Shown here: positions 23,337-34,500 of the stretch, piece by piece
How positions within the stretch are numbered: the first letter of the stretch is position 1
Layout: each line of letters opens with the position of its first letter
NCBI RefSeq assembly: GCF_030144855.1
Contig: NW_026781544.1
Span: 62,001-126,000, forward strand
Reading direction: 5' to 3'
Origin: Hypanus sabinus
Lineage: Eukaryota
DNA length: 64,000 nt
Notes under the pieces: generated by a model
Databases searched by the model: none
What the model saw: only the letters and a program-made list of their open reading frames with translations
Told to the model about the DNA's origin: nothing
Position numbers and translations under genes: made by a program

Positions 23337-23544
23337 NNNNNNNNNNNNNNNNNNNNNNNNNNNNNNNNNNNNNNNNNNNNNNNNNNNNNNNNNNNNNNNN
23401 NNNNNNNNNNNNNNNNNNNNNNNNNNNNNNNNNNNNNNNNNNNNNNNNNNNNNNNNNNNNNNNNNNNNNNNNNNNNNNNNNNNNNNNNNNNNNNNNNNNN
23501 NNNNNNNNNNNNNNNNNNNNNNNNNNNNNNNNNNNNNNCTATAT

Positions 23545-24125
23545 ATCTGCACTATTCTTGGTTGGTGCGGCTGTATCGAAACCCAATTTCCCTCGGGATC
23601 AACAAAGTATGTCTGTCTGTCTGCATATTCCTTCGGCGAGACCCAGCTTCCAGGTGTGCAATCTTATTTCGATATCTTTCCAAAACGGTTGTAGTTTCAA
23701 TCAATTTTTGCTTAGTCGCTTTCAGTGTAATAACTTGAGTTTCCAGCTCTTTATGTTTTCCCAGAAATTGCATCAATTCATTACTGTTCTTCTCCAGTTG
23801 GTCTTTAATTGAATTCAGTGTTGGAACAATATCTTCAGCCCACAACGGCATTTGATCAGATCTTTCCTTCTGCATCTTTCCTTCTCCGTTGCCTTTATCA
23901 CTAGATTCAGACAGGTTCTTCCCACTCCTCAAAGACATATCGTTCCCCTTCAAGAATCAGCAACTAAAAGTTTTAAATTCAAAGTCTAAACTGGGGGAGT
24001 GGGGGAAGGAAAAAAAAAAGCTCAGGGCAGCGCAGAAACTGCTGTTAACTCATTCACAGACAGACGCAGTCTCTTGTGCCTTTTTTTACAAGCGGCGAGG
24101 TGTTGATGGACCATGTCAGCTGTTT
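23545..24125 (-). mobile_element. L1 5' region and ORF1p N-terminal coiled coil
   Basis: MSLRSGKNLS..IKDQLEKNSNEL..KIAHLEAGSRRRN. Confidence 0.7.
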
Positions 24126-24129
24126 CGAC

Positions 24130-25300
24130 AATATAACTCCAAGGAACTTTAGATTCTCCACATTAGGGTCTGCAGATATGTAATCAGCCAATCATGTGTC
24201 AGGAATTTGACAAGGTACCCCATGAAAGGCTAATTGAGACATTAAGGAGGTATGGGATCCAGGGGGGCACTGCTTTCTGGATCAAGAATTGGCTTGCCCA
24301 CAGAAGGCAAAGAGTGGTTGTAGACAGGCCATATTGTGTACGGTGTTCGGTGACCAGTGGAGCGGCTCAAAGATCTGTTCTGAGACCAATACCCTTCGTG
24401 ATTCTTTTAACAAATTACCTATTTGATCAAGTGGAGGGATGGGTTAGTAAATTTGCTGATGACACAAAGCTTGGGGGTGTTGCGTGTGGTGTGGAGGGCT
24501 GTCAGAGTTGCAATGGGACATTGATAGGATGCAAAACTGGGCTGAGAACTGGTAGATGGAATTCATCCCAAATAAGTGTGAGCTGGTTCATTTTGGTAAG
24601 TCAAATATGATGGCAGTACAAAGTATTAATATTAAAACTCTTGGCAGTGTGGAGGATCAGAGGGATCTTGGGGTGCCAGTCCACAGGAAGCTCAAAGCAC
24701 AGGTTGACTCGGTGGTTAAGAAGGCGTCCGGTGTATTGGCCTTCATCAATCGTGGGATTGAGTTTCGGAGCCGTGAGGTAATGTTGCAGCTCCCCACTTG
24801 GAGTACTGGGTCACCTCACTGTAGGAAAGATGTGGAAACCATATAAAGGGTGAGGAGGAGATCGACAAGTATGTTGGCCTGGATTGGGGAGCATGTCTTA
24901 TGAGAATAGGCTGAGCGGACTCGGCCCTTTCTCCTTGGAGCGACGGAGGATGAGAGGTGACCTGATAGAGGTGTACAAGATGATGAGATAGTTTTTTTCT
25001 ACTAGGGTTGAAAAGACTAGCACGAGAGGGAACAGTTTTAAGGTGTTTGTAAGTAGGTACAGAGAAGATGACGGGTTTGGTTGTTTTTACGCAGAGAGTG
25101 GTGAGTGCGTGGAATTAGCTGGCGGTGACGGTAGTGGAGACGGTAGGGTCTTTTATGAGGCTCCTGGACAGGGACATGGAGCTCAGGTAAACAGAGGGCG
25201 ATGTGTAACCCTAAGTAATTTCTAACGTACGGACATGTTCGGCCCAGCTTTGTGGGCCGAAGGGCCTGTATTGCTATGTAGGTTTTCTATGTTTCTATCT
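24130..25300 (+). mobile_element. CR1 LINE, 3' part
   Basis: AFDKVPHERL, SKFADDTKLGGV, SVEDQRDLGV; 3' hairpin ttcggccca-gctttg-tgggccgaa (25238-25261) and ttctatg tail. Confidence 0.9.
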
Positions 25301-25714
25301 AACTCAAGGCATAAAGGCGTGCAGGCATGGTCAGGAGATTCGGGTATTGGTGGGGAGGGGGGAAAAAGAGTAAAATAAACGTTGGCTTTTATCCACTTGT
25401 CTGTTCTTACAGACGCGAAATCCATCTCATATCGGGACTTTCTGTTTCGGTGCTTCAATGAACCCTTCCCAACACTATCGATCGTAAGTGAGTTGTTAAC
25501 GGAGTCTGTCTGTCTCTCTCTGTCCCCCTCCCTCCCTCTCTCCGGAATGCTCTCGCTGCAATAGTGTCGCGCTAAACACTTGCTACTATGCAGCGACAAC
25601 ACAGAAGCGAGTGACATTGGTGGAGAACACGCGCCCAGATGCAATTAAGTGACTTTCCGTTGCGTGTTTCAACTCAGCAGTCTGAACTCCACAGTTCTGA
25701 ATAGGATCCCAACC

Positions 25715-25738
25715 TGACATCACTGATTTGATTGGTTA
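25715..25738 (-). promoter_or_regulatory. V-beta-type decamer (AGTGATGTCA) with adjacent CCAAT
   Basis: Minus strand reads ..aaCCAATcaaatcAGTGATGTCAgg; the decamer matches the mammalian V-beta promoter consensus AGTGAYRTCA. Confidence 0.45.
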
Positions 25739-25815
25739 GTCGTTAAGGTACGTGGTGACGCCAGCCACGCATTTCCCCTTCAGGTGACGACAAGCAACCC
25801 CGCACCCAGCTGTAA

Positions 25816-25854
25816 GGTTTTTGTTAGGCTCCCCGGTCTCTCTGAGCCGCTGTG
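25816..25854 (-). other. 23-RSS
   Basis: CACAGCG + 23 nt + ACAAAAACC on the minus strand. Confidence 0.95.
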
Positions 25855-26575
25855 CTCACTCCAGGCGCAGAAATACACGGCCGACGAATTGGCCTGGAGG
25901 CCGGAGGAATTCAGATAGAACTCGCTGCTACTCGGCCTCTCCGCCTTGAAGCCGTCCACTGGGTCCTTCGGCTGCACGTAGTTAGCTATGCTCGAGGTGA
26001 AAAGGGCCTGGGGTCCGCTTCCCCGGTATTGTCTGTACCAGTACAGATAATCACCGCTGTCGCTGCTGCCACCCTCCACCCTGCATCTCAGCACCATTTC
26101 CTCGCCGGGACGGCCGGAAAATGCCGGGGTCTGGTGGATCGTAACCGTGTTGGCATCTGTAAAAGAGACGGGGAAGAGAAGAGGGTTCACAAAAGTGGCT
26201 CAGAGAGTAACAGGGACGTGAGGGGGGTCAAAAATGCGTGGAAGAAAATGATGAGATAGATTGAAGGTCGACACCGAGATGTCATCTGAAAAAGAGCGGA
26301 ACGGCGGGAAAATACATGGATACCCCGGTGCAATTGAGAACGAGGCAAAAAGGTAGATTCAAGACTGGGAACATTGAAAGGAGAGTGTTAAAGATGGAAG
26401 ATTTATGAGTTCAAGAGGATTGTGGACAAAGTTGGAACAGAGACGAAGTAAAACAGCCCATTTCGATGGGTTAGATCGCGCGCGAAATGGGAAACGAAAG
26501 CGAGCATAATAAATAAATATTAGGCAATTGTCACTCACAGTGGAAGGCGAGGACCAGTTGCAGCAACAGCAACAT
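25855..26575 (-). CDS. TRBV: TRBV family A copy 4 (inverted), intact (leader 26575-26539, V exon 26156-25855)
   Basis: Leader MLLLLQLVLAFH + GTGAGT; acceptor acAG. Product continues YANTVTIHQTPAFSG..LRCRVEG..YLYWYRQ..KAERPSS..SSAVYFCAWSE with no stops. Confidence 0.92.
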
Positions 26576-27609
26576 GTTCGCTTGGCGTTTCTTCTCTCAG
26601 TAATGGACGAACTATTCACTCCTTACGTAGCAAGCTGAAACAGGCAATTAGGATTGTCCACGCCCCTTCCCTCTCTGCTCCAATCGGAATGGCGCTGTGT
26701 GTAAACGAGACCGCAGAATCCACGCCCCGAATTTCGCTACAGTTGCTTCTCTCCCCTGACACCCTTCCAAACTCCCCTCTCTATCTCTTAGAGTCGGATT
26801 TGTCCTCGCTTCCTTGAACGCGGGCTCGCCGTCCACTCACTCCCTTTCTCCCGTAATTTTTAATTCCATTCTTGCTGACCCACTCCCTGCTCGGCCTCGA
26901 TGTCGCGCTCAGCGCCGCGTCTCGTAGTCAATTATTAGTCCCATCCGACGGTCTATCAATCTACCCACTTGCCTAATAATTAATTTTAATATATACTGCA
27001 TATGCATATGTATCTATTTATTATCTGCCCTATCATTCGTTGTGTGCCTTTTACCCTTGTAAAATGATGTACTACCTCTCCTACTGGACGCCCCCCCGCC
27101 GATATGTGACCTACCCCGTTTATCTGTTTATCTGTCTTTCTGTCGGCCTGTACGCCTGTCCGTCTATCCGTTTATCAATCTATATATCTGTCTGTAAACA
27201 TACTTGTCCGTCTGATTGCGGTCTGTCCAGTTTCGTATGAGATGTCCCTAATCACCCGCCTCAAATCAGACTGAATGGCGACCGATGTAAACTCTCTTTC
27301 TGTCTTGTTTCTTCTTGCTGTTCTNNNNNNNNNNNNNNNNNNNNNNNNNNNNNNNNNNNNNNNNNNNNNNNNNNNNNNNNNNNNNNNNNNNNNNNNNNNN
27401 NNNNNNNNNNNNNNNNNNNNNNNNNNNNNNNNNNNNNNNNNNNNNNNNNNNNNNNNNNNNNNNNCACCTCTTTATCTGTCTGTCTCTCAGACTCTCATCT
27501 CGGCGACTGACTGACAATGAAGAGTATCGGTGTGCACGAAGTGGGACCGCGTACTGGGGCCGGCCACAGCGCCCTGACCTCCTCATGAGACTCGTCATTC
27601 GATAGTTAA

Positions 27610-27623
27610 CCAGCAGATGGCGC
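27610..27623 (+). promoter_or_regulatory. candidate CTCF site at the right edge of the V array
   Basis: CCAGCAGATGGCGC, a close match to the CTCF core. Confidence 0.6.
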
Positions 27624-29079
27624 AGCGAAACCAGGTGCTGAGTGGCGACTCACAGCATCTTGTTTGTGATTTGTGCGTTGACGGTGGAGGAATGATCTGC
27701 TGGTGAAACGAAACGGCGTGAGGAGCAGGGACAGAAATGATGGGGAGTGGAGAAAGATGAAAGCGTATGAGATAAGTACTGTTCCTCTGTTCCGGTTTAC
27801 TGCCTGCCACTTACTCTTCTAAATAGACACCTCTCCGAACGGTAATATTCCCCATCATTTATGTATTTTCGTACGTCTGCAGCTCGATCACCCCCCCCCC
27901 CCAATACTAACACGTGTCATGTTCTTGTTCACTGTCCTCTCATCATTCTGTGTTCATCATTCTGCTACGCCGCCGGCCCGCCTGGTTATCTCTCTATTTC
28001 CGTCCCTGCACTCTGATACATTTATTCCGATCACTTCCTTCATTTGGTTCTTAAATTTATTTATTCCTTCTGTCCATGGCTGATTCAGGGAGGCTCTCTA
28101 TTTTGCTTTGCAAGTCTGACCTCCTGCTGTCCAACATCCGAAACTCCACCCCCCACACTCCCCGCGCCCCGTCTGTGTTTGAACATCTCATCTCCCAAAA
28201 TGTGTCTGTGAGGCGAGACGAAGGGAATTGGTTTACCAGACGATGGAACTGAATACTGTCTCAACGATCAGCACCCTGACCTGTGCCTCGAGTATCTGGT
28301 TGAGAGAGACAGATGTAGAAATCTACATCGTGCCGGAAATCTTCACCCGCAAGTCTGCGTTTCTGTCTTACAGGCTGTGCGAACTTATATTACTCTGAAC
28401 AGTTATCTTTGAAGAGCCCCTGTCTTCACTCGCAAATTATTCCCAACCTCCGCAAATTGATATATCCGCCCGGAAATCTGGCACCGTCGCCGACTGTGGG
28501 TCTAAAACATTAGAAAGCAGATTATGAAGCGCCAACGGCCAGGGGAACGGCAGAGAGCGGGACGGGGGAGTGTGACGTCATCGGTAGCTCCACGGGCCTG
28601 AACCTGCTCTTTCCGTTTCTCTCGCCGTACATCTCGGTTTCACCGTGGCTCTGAGAGATCCGACAGTTTCGGATGCAGGGGGAGAAGAGGAGAGCAGGCG
28701 AGGGAGGAAAGTGAGGGCGAATTACAATAGGGGAAGATGGAGTGGAGAGAAAGGGAAAGTAAGAGAAACGAAGAGGGAAGAGACAAAGACGAAGAGCGTG
28801 TATGGAGAGGAAAGAGGAGAGGATGTGTGTGGGTGCTTGAGAGGGATGGGAGAGAGAATGGGTGAGAGGAAGACTGCGAGAGAGATTTCTGCAGTGCTGA
28901 AAGCCACCAATAACTTTTCACCGAATGAAAAGTTGATTGCCAAACCCAGCTCTGCATAAACCGCTTAAAAATAAGGGAGATAATTAGGAGCATAGAAGGC
29001 GCTGCTGTTCAGGATGGTTTCAGTTGTGCTTCTGCAGAAGTTAAGCAACAACTTTTGAGGGAGTTTCAGCTTTCTGAGG

Positions 29080-29690
29080 AAGAAGAGTGTTGTGCCTTTT
29101 ACAGAAGCATCGAGGTGTTGGTGCTCCATGTCTGCTGTTCTGACAACCTACTCCAAGGAACTGTAAGTTTTCGAAATTAAGATCTGCAGATATGTAATCG
29201 GCCAATCATGTGACAGGCATTTGTCGAGGCTTATTGAGAAAGTAAGGAGGCATGGGATACAAGGGGACATTGCATTCTGGAACCAGAACTGGCTTGCCAA
29301 CGGAGGGTAAAGTGTGGTTGTAGACAGGTTATCTTCTGCATGGAGGTCGTTCACCAGGGGAGTTCCTCAGGGATCTGTTCTGGGACCCTTAATTATCGTG
29401 AATTTTATAAATGATCAGGACGATGAAGCGGAGGGATGGGTTGGTCAAGTTGATTATTACATGAAGGTTGCGGCTGTAGAGGATAGTGTGGAGGCCTGTT
29501 AGTGGTTGCAATGGGGCATTGAGAGGAATCAAAACTGGGCTGAGAAGTGGCAGATGGCGTTCAACCCAGGTAAGAGTGAGGTGGTTCATTTTGCTCGGTC
29601 AAATAAGATGGCAGAAGGATCTTGGGGTCCGAGTCCATAGGACACTTAAATCTGCTGCGCAGGTTGAATCGGTGTTTAAGAAAGTGGGGG
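29080..29690 (+). mobile_element. CR1 LINE RT fragment
   Basis: GVPQGSVLGPL..FIND; QKDLGVRVHRTLK. Confidence 0.85.
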
Positions 29691-31574
29691 GTGGGGGGTC
29701 TCATACACACTCTTCCAGACGACACAAACGCGATGGAGTTATGGATGTTGAGTGATCTTGGTAAAAGTCCAGTTAGAAATCTGTCCGGAGAAATGATAAA
29801 TGTGTGTTAGAAATGCAACAGTTCGGTCTCGAACGATAGAGAAATACGAGAATATGAAATATTTTTAGGAATATAGAGAAAATGAAGAGAACGAAGTATG
29901 GTTTATACTGAGGTCGTAAAAGAATGTTCAGCTTTGTCTCGTTACTTACACGCAACCCTGGGGAAAGTACCTCTTATGTGCACGAAACGCTGTAAAAGTT
30001 TCAGCAGCAATAGAACACACCTGGAGTCTGGTTTTGCTGTTAACAATCACGATTTTATTACTAACTACGTAAACCAGGTAAACCAAGTGTTGTCAGTATT
30101 ATGCATCTCTGTGTGTGTAAAAACATAAAGTTCCCAAAGTTATTCAAGCTCGGATGGCAAGCGTTACCGTCTAAAGATGGAATGTAAGAAATTTCTGTTC
30201 AGTTCAAATGTACAGAATTTGAAGTGAGACAGTTATTTGTAATCCAAACAAACAGGTGTTGTCGGTCTTCCCGTTGTCCTCGGAATCCTCACACGAAACA
30301 TCACTAAAAGAAGCTTAACACAAGGGCGAGGGACATCGTTAACCGAACCACCACCCAGGCAAGGATAGACACACCGGTAGATTCAACAAGGTTACCCCAA
30401 TCACACACAGCGTGATTGTCACTTACGCAGTTCCACGACGTGCGAAATAACTCCAAAAATGATTTGCCACAGGGGTGTTTTCAATAGAGAAGGTGCTGTT
30501 AACCAATTAAGATACAATGTTTGGGGTGTGGCAGGAAACAAGAGCACGCTGAGGAAACACGGGCGGTCACGCTGTAAAGGTAGCGGCAAGAAATGAGGAC
30601 AACAGTTGATAATCAAACGGACAAAGAAAAATGCGAGATTACGAGGGACCCAGTGGCGTTGAGCATCGGCGTTTCGGAGGGTTTACGTACCAATCAGTAT
30701 CTCAGGAGGAATATTCCAGTGCCAGATGCTATTCCTGAAGGTTCAGCAGGAGAAAGCTCCGATGTATCGAGACCAACTGAACATGTATCTTCGGCAGCCA
30801 TACTTCTGACAGCATCTCACATTTCTTGCGGAATCTCAGTAAATAAGTTGTCATCCGATGCTATACCTCAGCAATCACCTTCCCTCAGAGTATTCCTTCT
30901 CTTAGATGGACTGCCTTCCCATGTTGACGAGCACCGTCTGCCCGAAACACCCAATGTACTAAATGCAATTCGACAGACTGGGCCTTAACCGCACAAAGTG
31001 TCCAAGTATTTAATTTAATTCCCAGAAGGCATTGCGATTGCAGTTGCTGCTTGCGACCGAGGAACGACGATTGGATGAGTGGATTTTATGAGCGCGAGTT
31101 ACTGAATTAGTCTCGAAGTGACAGACATATTTCAAAGCACCCCGGATGAAGAGGACATTTGCAGACTCTCCATGGTAACCAGATTTCCCGAAACTTTCAA
31201 TGGCTGGAGCTCTTGCAACCAAAAGCTTTCGCGAGAGAAAAGAGACGGAGTACATCCGGCGTACATGAGTAGGCTTTCGGACAGCACGGAATGCTGGCAA
31301 GGCATAAACGTTGTATTGTACGGTGATGTCAAAGCTTCGCATGCATGTAACGGTAGAAACACACACTTGGTGGAAATGAAGTAGACATTACAGGGAACTC
31401 GTGAAGAACTTAAACTGGAAGGAGCGCAGTGGAGGCAGATTGGAAGCATGGCTCCGATCGTGGCCCAGCATGGAGTGGGGGAGGGCGGGAGCTAATCGGG
31501 CCGTCCACAGCCCCAATGGTATTGCACATGCGACTGGCGAAATGGGATTTTTTTGCGGCGGTATGGGAAAAGCT

Positions 31575-34500
31575 TCACCGAGGATTAATGCCGTCCACAC
31601 AACGTCGAATGAACTTTGCCATGTGACGTAAGGGCGATTTGACTGTCTCCTTCAGCTGAACCCTGAACCTGGCCTGGATCACGGCGTAAAGGGCCGAGTT
31701 CGTGCAGCAGCTCAATATTTGCAGCATGTAGCCCAAATGCTGCAGAGAAAACGGGGGCATCCGGACAATGTAATACATCAGACCCTCCCATATGGAAAAC
31801 ACCGTCAACAGAGCCCACAGGAATATGAAATTCCCCGACATCACCAGCAGTAACAAGAGAGATTGCCTGCGGTTCTTCATCTCAGGGTCGGCGGGCGTCT
31901 CCCCATCGTGCGTACCACGGAGTCTCCTCCGGGCTCGGCTGGCCACTAAAACGTACCTGATGGTTAAACAGTTGAGCAGCAGAATGAAGGCAAAGGGGAA
32001 TATTGGGGTGAGGATTGAATGTATCAGAAGAAATGCTGTCTCCATAGATAGGGAAAAAAGCGAAGAATGCAGACAGAGCAGGGGCGAAACAATCATCGAA
32101 TATGACCCAGCGAGCAAAAAGTACCAGGGTAAGTTCTTTACGCAGCTCAGCAGAGTCACTGTCCCCAGAACCAGAGCCGCCGCTCTCCCGGTGCAGTATT
32201 TTCCTTTCAACTTCTGAAAACTAATGGCTACAAATCGATCAAAGGTGAAAGCGACAGTGAACCAGACAGAACAGTCCGTGGCGGCGTTTAACACGACGGC
32301 GTGGAATTTACACACGGGAACTCGTAACGACCAGATGACAACCTCCCACGGTATGTAAGTAATCGGAATCCTTCTCAATAAAAGATCAAAGAGAATTACC
32401 AGCTGATCCGCTGCTACCATGGCAACCAGGTACCTTGTGACGCCTTTGGAGAGACCGCACTTTCCCCGCGACAGTATGATGATTGTCACCATGTTAACTG
32501 TGTGGGTGAAATAAAGACCATGAACACACACTTGCATGGAAACTTCCTCAAATTCAGAATTTTTTAATCGTTAGCTCTTTAGAGCAGAGATGCAGAATTT
32601 TTTCTGAAGAACAAGGCTGGTGAATGTGTGGAATTAATCGGTACAGATGGATATGATGGGCAGTTCATTGGAACCATTTGTGGTGGGGTTCATCGGCTCT
32701 TGATTCGTCGTGGCTTCAATTAATACGCGGAAAGGGCGTCAGAATATGTCTGGAAGTGATGATAAATTAGCTATTATTGAATGGCGGCGAAGGCTCAGTT
32801 CTGGATTAGCCGAATTCATGATGGGCTAAGCAGTGATATCATTCGATGGCTGGGATGTATTCTAATCTTGACGCCATAAGAATCATTTGCAAAGTGTAAA
32901 TTTTAAGAGGATAAAACTCTGCGCAGGAGTGTGACGTCGGGCAGTGAAGCGGGGAATATTTAAAAAGGGATTACTAGAGATTACCCCAGTGTCTGTACCC
33001 CTTGACAATAAGTACTCCTGTTTGAGTACTGCTGAGGGGGAGAGCCTACCTTGGGGAAGCAACAGTGGCCGTGCCTCCGGCACAGAGTCCGACCCTGTAG
33101 CTCAGAAGGATAAGGAAAGGAAGAGGAAGGGTAACGAAATGAACATGAAGGTAGTAGTAATAGGGGACTCGATCGTTAGGGGGTCATATAGGCCATTCTG
33201 TGTACGCGGTCAGGAGACTCGGATGGTAATTTGCCTCCATGGAGCCCGGGTTCGGGATGTTTCTGATCGCGTCCAAGATATCCTCAAGTGTGAGGGTGAG
33301 GATCCAGAAGTCGTGGTACGTATAGGTGCCAATGACAAAGATAGGAAAAGGGAAGAGGTCATGAAAGGAGACTATAGGGTGTTAGGAAAGCCGTTGAGAA
33401 GAAGGACCGCAATGGTTGTAATCTCGGGTTACACTTGAATCCTCGGAGGACTAATATCCTGGCGGGGAAATTTGATAAGGCTACTGGGGAGACATTGAAC
33501 TAGAATGGTTGGTGGTGGGAATCAATTTGAAGAGACTACGGGAGAGGACGTTAGTTCAGAAATAGAGAACGCTCGTCGAAAGTGTGTTAGGGATGTTAGG
33601 CTACTGATGGAGAATGGGAGAGCTCAGACCAAAAATGTAGGGAGAAGGAAGAAAAAGATGATAGCGTTGATGGAATCGGAAGGGATAAACAGAGAGGAAG
33701 AGGTGCACAGTTTCTTAAAAGCATCTATATTAATGCTAGGAGCATCATTGTAAGAAAGTTGGATGAGCTTAGAGCATGGATTGATATCTGGAAATATGAT
33801 GGTGTAGCTATTTGTGAAACATGGTTGCAGGAGGGGTGTGATTGGCATCTAAATATTACTGGATTTCGTTGCTTCAGGAGTAATAGAATCGGAGGGGCAA
33901 GCGGAGGAGTTGTTGCATTGCTTGTCTGAGAAAATATTACTGAGGCGCTTTGGCTGGACAGAATAGATGGATTATCTAGGGAGGCTGTTTGGGTGGAACT
34001 GAGCAATGGGAAAGTTGTAGTCCAAATTACAGGGGTGTATTATAAAACACCTAATTGGTAGCGAGAATTGGAGGAACAAATTTTTATGGAGATAGCAGAT
34101 ATTTGTCGTAAGTGCAAGGTTGTGATTGTGGAAGACTTTGATTTTCCACACAGAGACTGGGGAGCCCATTCTGTAAAAGGGCTGGATGGTCTGGAGTTTG
34201 TAAACTGAGTGCAGGATAGTTTTTTGCAGCAATACATTAAGGTACCGACTGGAGAAGGGACAGTTCTGGATCTTCTGTAAGGGAATGAGATAGGTCACGT
34301 GAGGGAGGTATGCGTTGGGGAGCACTTCGAGTCCAGTGATCACAATACCATTAGTTTCAATATAATTATGGAGAAGAATCGGACTGGACCCAGGCTTGAT
34401 TTTTGTTTTATTGGAGAAAGTCTAACTTTGAGGAGATGCGAAAGGGTTCAGAAGGAGTGGATTGGGACAACTTGCTTTATGGAAAGGATGCAATAAAGAA

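Noticed and set aside
28200-28410. Short ORF with VYQT..TLTC resembling a V start
   Set aside because: No WYRQ, no YxC and no RSS.
31118-31400. Plus-strand 88-aa ORF in the GPCR1 3' flank
   Set aside because: It overlaps what looks like an eroded CR1 relic, and the paralogous flank at about 57.8 kb does not keep the frame.
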